From Octopus sinensis (taxonomy: Eukaryota), in the NCBI RefSeq assembly GCF_006345805.1, contig NC_043004.1, positions 15,686,001 through 15,750,000 of the forward strand: DNA of 64,000 nt, in the 5' to 3' direction. The translations under genes were made by a program, and so were the position numbers. The notes beneath the pieces were generated by a model, which ran no database searches, was not told where the DNA came from, and was given only the letters and a program-made list of their open reading frames with translations. Below are positions 26,500 through 38,580 of the stretch, in pieces; the first letter of the stretch is position 1, and each line of letters begins with the position of its first letter.

Positions 26500-27655
26500 A
26501 AATTAATACTACAACCAAATTAGAGAATGGAGAAACATACTTAAATCAATAAAACCTCAACTATCCGATGATACCCAATCAATACTTTAATACAACACCA
26601 TTACATATGAGTAAAGGCATTATACAAAATGAGATATACAGTAATAGTAAAAAGATAAAGAGATATAAGTAAAAAATTTCAAATATAATATGCAATTAAA
26701 TCAAAACTGACAGCTGTTTCGGCAGTGAGGGCAGTCATACCTCATTTAACCTCTAAGCCATAAAGGCAGGTATAAATGAGGCATTACAAGGATGCCCCAC
26801 GGCCTCTTCAGAGAATTAAATTAATTTGTTATAATTGTGAAAAATATTATATAACCATATACATATAAATATAAAAATATAAAAATGTAAAATATAAAAA
26901 CTTATACATCATAATGCTACACTTATATAATATAATACCCATTGGTACAATAAAGGAAGGTAAACAGAACAAAATAAAACAAAATATATATCAGTGTATA
27001 TATTAATATTAATAAGTACCGAATATTATACATATTTAGCTATAGTTTTTTTTTAAAAACTAACACATAGGGAGATGAAAAATAATATTAAAACCATGGT
27101 TCAGTTCATAAAATTCTAAAGCTATGAAAGTTAATAAAAATTACTATTAATATTAATAATATAATAATAATAATAAAAAATAATATAATAATAATAGATA
27201 CAGTTAAGTTTGCACCAAGTCCATCCTTTCAAGATCGAAATAACTATGAGTTTAGAAATGCTGATCACTAGGTAAAGAAAATTTAGATTAATTCGATTGG
27301 CTATTGGTTTGAAATTTAAATCACAAAAGAAAATTATACGGTTGGTTAGTCAAGGAACGCCAATATTCACACACGCATCTACAGATCAATCGCACATACA
27401 CACATAGTTATATGTATATACATACACTTATACACATACATAATCACAAGCAACAACTAGCACATAGATAAACAAAAAGGGAAGCAACTATGCTACCATT
27501 TAGTCCTTCAAAATTATAACTGTGCCTCAAATAACGAAAAAGAACCACCCATGCATTTCATAAAATATTTACTTTAGATATAAATATATTTTCAATATCA
27601 GTATGTACTAAGTCAGATAATTATTTCATGGGTAACTAAAAATTTTATAACACGG
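26500..27655. repeat. Left arm of long inverted repeat (3' pseudo-LTR)
   Basis: Reverse complement of about 31540-32672 with scattered indels. Confidence 0.93.
26701..26819 (-). ncRNA. Type I hammerhead ribozyme with extended stem II (sense to RT)
   Basis: Minus strand ttaattct-CTGAAGA-GGC...GCC-GAAA-CAGCTG-TC-agttttga, with cleavage triplet GUC at 26709. Confidence 0.8.
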
Positions 27656-28872
27656 TTTGTTGCATAGTAAACATACGGTTGTTAGATTTACGTAAGTTTG
27701 TTATGATTCCAATACGCTAAATTATAAAATATAAAATATATATTAATTTATATATTATAAATAAATCACTTATTACTTAATAAATTTAATGCCATAATAT
27801 ACCAGTTTAGGCATTAAAAAATAGAAGGGGAGTACTAATGTAAACGCTTATGAGAACATCACAGAAATTTTTAAAAATTTTATATTATAATACTTAAGAG
27901 AAGATAACATTTGATTAAGATAAATAAGAAGGAATAAATACGAAGGAATAAATACGGTTATACACATATTATAAGTACAACCAGTATATATGTATTCATA
28001 TATTATTAAAATTAAATAAAAATAAATGATAGATATGTACGTATATAACTACCCTAGTATAAGTAAATAAGTAAAAAAATAATAGATAACAAATTAGATG
28101 ACTTGATATGTATGTAAACATCTACACTTAAATAGGCAAATAAATAAATAATTAGAAGACTAAATGCAGAGATTGATAACATACAATAAAATAAAATTAA
28201 AAATAAATAAAGTGAATATATATGTTATATTGTTGAAAGTAAATATGTATGGAAGGATAATTTAAAGTACAGATCCAGATGACTATAGATATAAACTAAA
28301 TATATAAGGCTGGTAATATTTATAAAGCCAAATGTATGTAAATGAGAAAATGAAAAAAATGAAAAAGTTTATTAGTAAGTAGCATAAGATACAAATTAAG
28401 GTGAGTACAAAGAAAGACCAAATATACAATAAAAACCTTCCAAATAAACACATACAAAAAACCTATATTCTCAACCTAAACCACCCAAACTCATAAAAGG
28501 CTCTCATATATTACATATTATACAATATCATTACATATCTAGAGCTAGGTATCTAACCAAGATATACATATATCTATGCAATATACTATGCAATATTAGA
28601 ATACTTCAAAAATCACATATTACAAGGCAAATACCAAAATGAATATGTTATTTCGTGTCATATTGCATTTCCCTTAAAAAACAAACAAAAACCCACATAC
28701 AAAAAACAAGAAACAAATAATAGTAGACTATCTATTATTATTATACAAATGTAGCTATAAAAATTATAAATTATAAATTTATAAGTTGTATACTTAAGAA
28801 TTATAGAAGACCACGGTTATAGTTAGTTAAAGAAGGGAGTTAAAAAATTAATAATAGTGGAAGTGCTAAGTT

Positions 28873-31535
28873 CTATTTGAATCTAGAAAAGGTGACGGTA
28901 GCCATGAATGCAAAAAGATTTTTTTCATTTATGTTGTTAATAATTTGCCGACCCGCTTTAATAATGAAAAAAATTTCATTAATACATAGAGAGCATTTTT
29001 TATTTTTTCCATTATACACAGGTGCTGAAGTTAGTATTTTCCAGTTTAATCTAAAATCTAAGTTCTTACTTTAAGTTCCCAAATGTATGCACTTAGCCAT
29101 GTATAGTACATTCTATTTTTTATCTAAAAAGTTATATCTGTGATAATTCAATCTTTGTTTTATGCTATTCATAGTTGCCCGATATACACCCTACTACTCA
29201 ATTGTGTATCTACAGTGCATTGGTAAACTACCTCCTTCCTGAGGCATTGATTACCAAATACACATTTATTTTGTTTCTGAAATTACAAAGATTAACAGAA
29301 TAGGAAATCTAAGATTGGTCTCCACCCCTATACTACCATTCACATTATAAGTGTTACAATTGTTATCATCATCCAAACCCAAAATCAACGAATGAGTTAA
29401 TTTCACATTATCGGCTATATCCTATCACTAGTACTAGTATTGGTAGTAGTAGTATGATCTATTACATTTATATTATCTCTGACAGGTACGGTGCACTCAT
29501 TATTAGTAAGGGGGTTGTTCACATTCGTTCCAAGAAAGTTTCTGTTCCTATTATTATTAAAGAGGGGCAATTTCCCTGGTCTAATTCAATTTTCTATCCT
29601 TATAGAAGTGATCCAGTTTCCTGTTATTAAAAGAGGCGATAATGGTGGCTAGATTATGAGTAATGCTATATCCCACTCTAACAGTACTGTTGTTAATTAA
29701 AGGACTAAATTTATTCTTATCCTTACCAAAATGCCTAAATATAACATTATGCAAAGCTCTCACTATGTTTGTTTTAATCTGCATTGCATATAGGATAATC
29801 AACCATAGTGTATCCTTATCAGAATTAGGATTACCTATAGAATTATTGTTATTTGTAAAAATCCTATTCCTAGACCAACCCATAGGATTACTATTCTTAC
29901 CACTGTCATTGTTATATCTATCTATATCAATATTCCCATGGTTATTGCGCAAGTAAACTTTACCATTATCATGTCTACCATAAGTTTTAATTTGTATATT
30001 ATTATTAATATTTACTACTATTACCCGTATGCTCAGATCTATTTGAGCTACCGTTCACCTTTCCGAGGTTAACATCACTTCCACATTTATTATAGGTGTT
30101 ATCATATATTCTATTTTTACTATTCTTATGTATATTGTTGCTTATCCTAAATCTATTGGTGTTGTTCCTGATAGTTCTACTACCTCCATTAGGAGGGTTC
30201 CCCTTAGGTATAAACCATATCTTACTTTTGTATCCTGCCTTAAGCAATGCTGCATTGTATCTATCACAATGCTTTTGTAAAAATTTCCTCGTTAGAGGAT
30301 AAATAGAAAATTCTCTGACTAATGCTACGCACTAGTGCATTTTTAATTTGAGGGGGGATTACTTGAACGGTTAATATATATTAGGTTAGAATTAGGTTTA
30401 TATAGGTTCATGTAACCATTAGTAATGTTACAATAACATCTAAATAATAGCAGAATAATTTTCACTTTCAATGATAATGGATAGGCCGAAACTTTTAAAA
30501 AATTTATTTATTCTTTTTTCAGAAGATCTAATCTCCTATTTGATGTATTCTTAACACAAATAAGCGTCATCATCCCTGTATAATCCACCTTTAATTCAGG
30601 GAATTCCCTACTAAAGTTATCTAATAGATACATCCCAACTAGATCAGTCACCTCCGCCGAGTCCGGCGATCCCATTGTGATATCGAACAAGTTGGGTGTG
30701 TCCTTTCTAGCCCAAAGTTTATATCAAACTCTATTAAGTTTTCCTGGCTGTTAGTATAACCTTAATCTCCCCCATACTTAATTTAGTGTATTTTCTAGCA
30801 AAAATAAGGACTTATTAATATAATAGGGTTAATGGAAGTGTAATAATTCTGTATATCAAATTGGATAAATTTATTTCTATTATAGCTAAAGTTGTTACTG
30901 TCACAGACCTTAATGGCAGAAAACCAATCCAAAGCACCCTGAGTATTCTTCCAAAGGTTTAGTTTGATTTTATTGCGGATGGTGGGTAGATATTTGTCTA
31001 GAATGAGTTTGCTTAGTCTGCCTAAGTCAGATTTAGTGGGGCAAATTAATCTGACCTGTGTGTTTCCAAGAAAATTCTCTTTATGATCCTTTAGGGTAAT
31101 TCTGGGTCTAGATGGGGTGTAGGGTTCCGTTTTTTCTTCTAGGTAGTAGTCAAATATGATTTCTCTGATCTCCAGGTTCAGTTTTCTAAGTGTACTAGAA
31201 GGTACTACTTTGTATTTCTTGGTTATTTCTTTGTGTAGAAGATCATGATATGCAGGAATGTCAATATTATAGATGTTGCTGGTTTTGTCAGAATGTGTTA
31301 GAATGCCGCTCTTACCTTTGAGAGTTCTAATTAAATCTTTCAATTCCCTTTGGTGCGGGTTATATCTTAAAGGATGATTTCTAAATTTTATGTTTTTTAT
31401 AGTCTCCCATAGTTCTTGTTCAAAATTGTCTAGATGTATATTTGGTGGAGGAGACTTCCTAGATTTAAATGTAGTGCCTGTTAGTTTTAATATTTCTTCA
31501 TAGGTACTTCCAATTCCATTACGGATCGTTTCCCC
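28873..31535 (-). pseudogene. PLE RT plus GIY-YIG endonuclease, frameshifted
   Basis: FKSRKSPP, SDKTSNIY, ITLKDHKENF, RLICPTKSDLGRLSK, LNLWKNT, FIQFDIQNYYTSI, FDITMGSPDSAEVTDLVGMYLL, GLYRDD, IKTNIV..VRVGYS..NLATII, CNFRNK..C..VVYQC, KQRLNYHR, WKIL..A..Y..KCSLC. Confidence 0.88.
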
Positions 31536-31539
31536 AGTG

Positions 31540-31994
31540 TGTTAAAATTTAAGTTACCCATGAAATAATTATCTGACTTAGTAACATACTGATATTTAAA
31601 AATATATTTATATCTAAATTAAATATTTTATGAAATGCATGGGTGGTTCTTTTTCGTTATTTGAGGCACAATTATAATTTTGAAGGACTAAATGGTAGCA
31701 ATAGTTGCTTCCCTTTTTGTTTATCTATGTGCTAGTTGTTGCTTGTGATTATGTATGTGTATAAGTGTATATGTATATACATATAACTATGTGTGTATGT
31801 GCGATTGATCTGTAGATGCGTGTGTGAATATTGGCGTTCCTTGACTAACCAACCGTATAATTTTCTTTTGTGATTTAAATTTCAAACCAATAGCAATCGA
31901 ATTATCTAAATTTTCTTTACCTAGTGATCAGCATTTCTAAACTCATAGTTATTTCGATCTTGAAAGGATGGACTTGTGCAAACTTAACTGTATC

Positions 31995-32037
<43 letters not shown>

Positions 32038-32672
32038 ATTAATAGTAATTTTTATTAACTGTCATAGCTTTAGAATTTTATGAACTGAACCATGGTTTTA
32101 ATTATTATTTTTCATCTCCCTATGTGTTAGTTTTTTAAAAAACTATTAGCTAAATATGTTATAATATCGGTACTTATTAATATTAATATATACACTGATA
32201 TATATTTTGTTTATTTTGTTCTGTTTACCTTCCTTTATTGTACCAATGGGTATTATATTATATAAGTGTAGCATTATGATGTATAAGTTTTATATTTTAC
32301 ATTTTATATTTTTATATTTATATGTATATGGTTATATAATATTTTTCACAATTATAACAAATTTAATTTAATTCTCTGAAGAGGCCGTGGGGCATCCTTG
32401 TTAATGCCTCATTTATACCTGCCTTTATGGCTTAGAGGTTAAATGAGGTATGACTGCCCTCACTGCCGAAACAGCTGTCAGTTTTGATTAATTGCATATT
32501 ATATTTGAAATTTTTTACTTATATCTCTTTATCTTTTTACTATTACTGTATATCTCATTTTGTATAATGCCTTTACTCATATGCAATGGTGTATTAAAGT
32601 ATTGATTGGGTATCATCGGATAGTTGATGTTTTATTGATTTAAGTATGTTTCTCCATTCTCTAATTTTTGGT
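31540..32672. repeat. Right arm of long inverted repeat (inverted pseudo-LTR)
   Basis: Reverse complement of about 26500-27655. It begins where the RT reading frame is cut off. Confidence 0.93.
32368..32487 (+). ncRNA. Type I hammerhead ribozyme with extended stem II (inverted copy)
   Basis: CTGAAGA at 32376-82, stem II at 32383-32467, GAAA at 32468-71, CAGCTG, then TC at 32478-79. Confidence 0.8.
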
Positions 32673-33559
32673 AGTATATTAATATATATATATATATATA
32701 TATGTTATATATATGTATATAGATATATATATATATATAATATATATATTATATATTATAATATATATATATTATTATATGTATATATATGTATATATAT
32801 AATATAATATATAATAATATATATATATATATATATATTCGCACATAATTACATACATATATACACGTAATCCATATTCTTCCACATAAATGCATAAAAA
32901 GTGAATAATAAATATACAGGAAGAAATAAGATTTAAAAATGTATTCCAAATGATGTTCGGCTCTTTCTCTTCCGACCACGTATTATTTGTTCACTATTTG
33001 ATAGTTCGTATTCCTAAGAGAGTGGAGAAAAACAGTGCAACTCATGAAATGAATCGTTGATGCAATTCACGGCATTTTAGTATTATAATTAGACCGTGTA
33101 TACATAGATTATATTCTTAAGGTCAACTCACTTCAGTGAACTTTCTTATTTAATTTGATATTTACCATTGTCACGGTATAGACATAGTTATGGGCGCATA
33201 CTGAAAATGTTATAATTATTTATCAGACAATTGTAATGCGGAAACTTCCATCTTCGCTAGCATAAATTCAGTTTAAATTTTGTGAGAAATTGCTACTTGT
33301 TGCATATATTTTCGTCTTTTAATTTATAAAACGGAAACATTTAAAATTTTTCAGTTGCATAGATATCTAGATAGTTACTACATGGGAGGTTTCTAAGAGA
33401 TTAATCATTCATTTTTTATTTTATTTATGCATGTTTATACGAGTTGTTAATTTAATCCCTGTCTCTCCAACGTAATTATTATTTCATTGTGTGTATATAA
33501 TGGAATAGCTGAGAATTTTTGTTTGAGTCTCATGTTTACATTTCCTGTCAATTCTTTCC

Positions 33560-34130
33560 TATTCATGAAACCTTTACTTTTCCATGTCCCAAAAGTAGGT
33601 CTCCACAGTTACTGGTATTGTTCCTTTCTTCCAACTGAATCTCGTCTTTCTTAGAAGTGCCTTGCGTTGTGGGGTTGGCATCTTTGGCAGATGAATATTT
33701 CTGATTTCTTAAATTATTCGCCGGGGACTAAGTAACTGATGTAGAATTGTGATTTATTATTTGGCCGAATTTATGAAATTATTGTTCCAAGAATTATTGG
33801 TTACTACAAATGGAATATTTATATTCACCTCCACCATTCATGTGCCTTGCATATGTAGATAATGACGGTTGTGAAATATTATTTTCCAGTATTCGCCTCA
33901 ATCCTTCAAGTATAAATTCTTCTGGGAATCATTCCTGCATTCTTTGTGGTTATGTGTCTGTCCAGGATTCTACTACATTCAATCCTAAGACATGAGGAAT
34001 CTTTGGGTAACTAATGAATCTAGAAACCCATTTACACGAGGGTTTAAAAATTATGTCAAGCTGGTTGCTTAATTTTGGGGTTCTGAATGCTGGTCCTACA
34101 TCAATTGGATGTACTTTTAGATAAGATCTT
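33560..34130 (-). pseudogene. Decayed, internally deleted Neptune-like PLE RT fragment
   Basis: IPHVLGLNVVESWTDT*PQRMQE*FPEEFILEGLRRILENN parallels IPHNYGLEAIQFWLDQFPEEIPKRISKEFITKSIEFILHNN of the element at 15662-15955. Confidence 0.6.
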
Positions 34131-34480
34131 TACATTTGTAGGCCCTTTAAGATATTATTTTACAGAAAAGACGAAAATAGTCAACTAGAAAAGGCCATAG
34201 AAGAATACGCCATAAGAATTCTAAATCCAAAATTAAATTGTTGATTGGCAACATTTTAAATCGGAAATAGGTAATATTTCCTCTTTATACAATAACACAA
34301 AATGCATGTCATTGAAAATAAAGCGCTTACACACAAAATACACTCTAGATAGATTATATAGAAACTTCTTCCAGAAATGTTAATGACATCATATATTTAA
34401 ATAGTTAACTTTAGAAAAAATATTTTCTTTTTTTTATAATATTTGGAACTGAATCAAGTGACTTAAAACAGTTATATATA

Positions 34481-34580
<100 letters not shown>

Positions 34581-34585
34581 TCTAG

Positions 34586-34890
34586 ATGTGGAGTTTCAAT
34601 GGCCCAGTGGTTAGAGGATCGCGGTTCCGATTCCCAGACCGAGTATTGTGTATGTTTATTGAGCGAAAACACCTAAAGCTCCACGATGCCCCGACAGGGG
34701 GTAGTGACGACCCCTGTTTTACTCTTCCGCCCCAACTTTCTCTCACTCCTTCTTCCTGTTTCTTGAGTAACGCTGCAATGGACTGGCATTTCGTCCAGCT
34801 GGGGGAAACATACGCCATTGAAACCGGGAAACCGGTCCCATGAGCCTGGCTAGGCTTGAAAAGGGCGCATAAATGAAATAAAATAATGTA
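34586..34890 (+). mobile_element. tRNA-derived SINE
   Basis: Head gtggagtttcaatggcccagtggttagagg...ggttccgattcccagacc (A/B boxes) and an A-rich tail aaatgaaataaaataat, flanked by microsatellites. Confidence 0.7.
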
Positions 34891-34974
34891 TCTAGATATT
34901 ACATCTATACACACACACATATATATATATTATATATACACACACAGATACACACACGCATACATATATATATT

Positions 34975-35990
34975 TCATTTAGATTATCTAAATTATCTGC
35001 TAATGTTGATATTTTGAATAATAATGCTGAATTCTATAACTCTGCCTTAATCAAAGCAGGTTATACAGAAAAAATTTTCTACATTGATTCTGCTCAGTCT
35101 AATTGTAAATTCAATAATGTAGATAAGATTTCTTGTCGTAAAAGAATTATTGATAACAAACATAACTGACGCACCGATACAAAGCGAATGAAGGCAAATA
35201 ACCCTTATTTAATCCCCTATTATCGATCTAATAGTAAATATAACACCTTCAAAAGTAATTACGCTATGAATACTAGTAAAAATATTTGGTTAATAATTCC
35301 TGACGGGAGACAAATTAAATCTAATCTCCCACTGCTGTTTCGCCAAGCTATTGCTAGGAATTTTCCAAACAATTCTAGATATTACTCTATAATTAATTCA
35401 CATAAGGTAGGATAGGTTTTTCAAACACAAAAATCTCTTGCAAATTATATCTTCTCATAATAACAAACTGTTAAATATTAATACATTTACTAATACTAAC
35501 ATTAATTTAGCTAATATCATCCAACCCTCTAGAAATATTAATAACAAGGTTATTGTATCTGAAGTCAATTCTAATAGAATTAAATTTATGTCAAGTAACT
35601 CTAAGATTAAAAATTCTATATACCAGTGTATAATCAGTACTCGTAATAAAGTAAGATTTTACATTGGTAGCACATCGTTAGAGTTATCTAAAAGAATTTC
35701 TATCCATTACTCAACATTTAGGGATAGAAATAAACGGAATAGTACCGGTCTCAGCAAACTGATTTGGATTTAAACAGACCACAATGAACAAGTTCATTTA
35801 GAATGGTTGATCCTCTCAATTTCGATACCATATGACAAAGGCAAGAAATCTGTCTTCTCTGCAATTCTGAGCTATTTTTCATTATTTTTTCTAAAAATAC
35901 TCTAGTAAACACGGTTATAGAGCGAGCATACAGATGTAAGCATTGGCAAAAATATACATTTAGTGTATATAAGTAGTCTCTATCATCTCT
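34975..35990 (+). pseudogene. Hydra-type PLE 3' fragment (thumb plus GIY-YIG)
   Basis: RLSKLSAN...YNSALIKAGY, IISSHNNKLL, SIYQCII..FYIGST..KRISIHYSTF..STGLSKLIW. Same architecture as 28873-30300 but a diverged subfamily. Confidence 0.8.
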
Positions 35991-36914
35991 TATTATAAAA
36001 GGCAGATTTTATCTGCCTCCCTTTGTCTCTTATAGAAATCTACAATATAGGATTTCTTCAATTACAATTTACCTAGCATTTTAAAGAGTAGAATGCATCG
36101 GGTCGTGCCAGGTCCAGTTTTTAAAATTTCAACCCCAATTAAGCAAAATTTAGAGAAAACTCACATTCTGTTGTGTATGTCAAATGCTTTTCTTAGTGTG
36201 GGCTACAGCACACGCATACGCACACACACACAAACGGAGTGAACTGCCTCACTAATACTATCACCCTAATTTCTCCTTCTCTTTGCAAGTCTACCTTACA
36301 ACACTACTCAAAAAAAAGAAAGCAGCAAACAGAAACAAAATAAATACATAACGACTTACTCCTCACACAATCTTCTATTAGACTTTACCTATGATTTTTC
36401 AAAGAACTTCCATTGGGTCATGCCATACAAAATTTCTTTCAATTTCACCCCCAATTAAGACAAAATTTGAGAAACTCAAATATTTTAACATTTCACTTTG
36501 AAGCCTTTACTCTGCCATTACTCCACTTCCTCTTTAGACACATAGACACGCTAATATATACGACAGTGTCAATTGTTGACAGACATTGTAAGCTAACGTG
36601 TGTGTGTGTGCGTGTGTTTCTGTGTGTGTGTGTGTGTGTGCGCGTGTGTGAGGGTGTGTGTGTGGTGTGTGTGTGTGACAGGGATGACCCATTCAGACTG
36701 GTCATCCTTTTTGCTAGAAGATTACCTATGCTACACCACTGGTTTTCAGTTCATATTAATCAAATTAATATTCACAAGAAGAAGGACTATTCATTATAAT
36801 ACATCAGTTCCATCGGACAACTGCACAAACACTTGCCATTTTACACATGTATGTAAACAAATTCTTTTCTTTTAGAATTTCAATTCATATTCTTTTTCAA
36901 TTCATACAAAGTTA

Positions 36915-37237
36915 TTTAGGACGAAAATAACATCTAAAGTTATCTCTAAGAAGCAGAAAGATCGCCCAAAAGTGTATATAGATATTTAAATGTATTTATA
37001 TATTCATCTACGCACACATGTATGTAAAACGTGTGTGTATATATTTCCATAGAGGTAACCATTCACTCCATACAAAGTTTTTTAGGACGAAAATAACATC
37101 TAAAGTTATCTCTAAGAAGCAGAAAGATCGTCCAAAATGTATATAGATATTTAAATGTATTTATATATTCATCTATACACACATGTATGTATAATGTGTG
37201 TGTATATATTTCCATAGAAAGTTTTTTAGGACGAAAA
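36915..37237. repeat. Tandem duplication of ~150-165 bp
   Basis: tttaggacgaaaataacatctaaagttatctctaagaagcagaaagatcg occurs at about 36916 and 37082. A third start at about 37225 is interrupted by the Helitron. Confidence 0.85.
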
Positions 37238-38083
37238 TCTTTATATATTAAAGAAAGGTTGTGTGTCTGTCTACTCCGATTTAGATTCCTAACTACTCCC
37301 ACATTTTGCGATGCAGTTTAACCAAAACCGAGTATCTTATAGTCGTGATTCATATCGAGCCCTTCTGGGTATTAGCGCGCGTCTACGATGAGTCTACGAT
37401 TTTACAAATAATTTACCATCATTTTGTCCCATTTTAATGCATTTTTTTTAAATTAAGGGAAGTAACTCTCAAACTTCACACCAATATGCGTGCTCATATG
37501 CGACGTAATATCACATCAGCAGCATTTCCTCACACCCTCCTTGCACTTGGCGAAGGCAAAATACCAGGGGCTGAAAATGGTAATATTGCCATCGATTCCA
37601 TTTGTACCATTGTTAAGACGCCTTCTGATCTCAGAGATGCAGTGTTCCCAGATCTACAAGCTAATTATCAGAATATAGATTGGATTGGCAAAAAGGCTAT
37701 ACTGGCCCCGAGGAATAAAACTGTTCACCATATTAATGATGAAATGCTAAAACTCATTCCTGGGGAAGTCTATGTATATCAGTCTATCGATACAACTCCT
37801 GACCCAGAGGACGTCATCAACTATCCAATAGAGGTACTCAATTCCTTTGAGCACCCCGGACTACTACCACACTTTCTCAAAGTTAAAGTTGGTGCCCCTA
37901 TAATGCTCATCACAAATTTGGTTCCCCCAAAACAATGCAATGGCACACGTTTGATCGTTAAGTCCTTATCTCCCACCGTAAACTTATATCAATATTTGCC
38001 TGAATAATCATCATAATTCAGTGCAATCATTAACAGTACTTTCAAGCAATGCAGCCCCGAGCAACGCCGGGCAATTCTGCTAG
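37238..38083 (+). mobile_element. Non-autonomous Helitron (internal deletion derivative)
   Basis: A|TC 5' end, subterminal hairpin cccgagcaacgccggg, CTAG|T 3' end. Its 5' ~240 bp is shared with the copy at 61150-61543. Confidence 0.9.
37486..38007 (+). pseudogene. PIF1-family helicase fragment (Helitron RepHel)
   Basis: AILAPRN, YPIEVLNSFEHPGLLPHFLKVKVGAPIMLITNLVPPKQCNGTRLIV, a typical Helitron PIF1 segment. Both ends of the domain are missing. Confidence 0.9.
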
Positions 38084-38400
38084 TTATATATAATTTAAAC
38101 TTTAATTTCCTTTATATTTAGCATTCACTATTAATATCCCTACTCTTTCTGTTAGCTACTTATGATGTTATATCATATAACGTTTTTTTAAACAATATTA
38201 ATAGCGTTCTATCTATCGCTATACAAATCCATCATATTTTGCTAAAATGTCGTATTGACGAGTTTCGTTTTTTTCACTTTCCCGAAGAGAAGATTGCATT
38301 GTTTATACCATTTATTTTTTTGAATAGTATCAGTGGAATTTTCGAAACATGTGTCGAAAGTAAAAATACTTGTTTACACCTGCGTTAACTCCATTTTTTA

Positions 38401-38433
<33 letters not shown>

Positions 38434-38435
<2 letters not shown>

Positions 38436-38580
38436 GACGGGTTTCTTTCAGTTTCTCTCTACCAAATCCACTCACAAGACTTTGGTCGACCCACGGATAT
38501 AGTAGATGACACTTGCCAAATGTGCCTTGCCGTCGAGCTGAACCGGGGATAGGAAGCAAACTTCTTATTACACTGCCACC
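38434..38580 (-). mobile_element. SINE 5' half, decayed
   Basis: acgacgggtttctttcagtttc...caaatccactcacaagactttggtcg, as in the copy at 2571. Confidence 0.75.

Larger units (their letters stand above)
26333..32672 (-). mobile_element. Penelope-like retroelement, Hydra-type, 5'-truncated, with ~1.15-kb inverted arms
   Basis: RT and C-terminal GIY-YIG on the minus strand. About 26500-27655 is inverted at about 31540-32672, with a hammerhead in each arm and (TA)n at both ends. The clade name is my inference from the DKT/KDHK/YRDD/CxC-type motifs. Confidence 0.85.

Noticed and set aside
26500-32672. Interpretation as a DNA transposon (Foldback/Polinton) with long TIRs
   Set aside because: The interior encodes PLE RT and GIY-YIG, the arm joins at a 5' truncation, and it contains a hammerhead. 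All of this fits an inverted pseudo-LTR.
36128-36140. TTTCAACCCC shared with the Hydra-type element's 3' end (26352-26361) as a conserved terminus
   Set aside because: It belongs to a local decayed direct repeat (36128 versus 36443), so the match may be coincidental.
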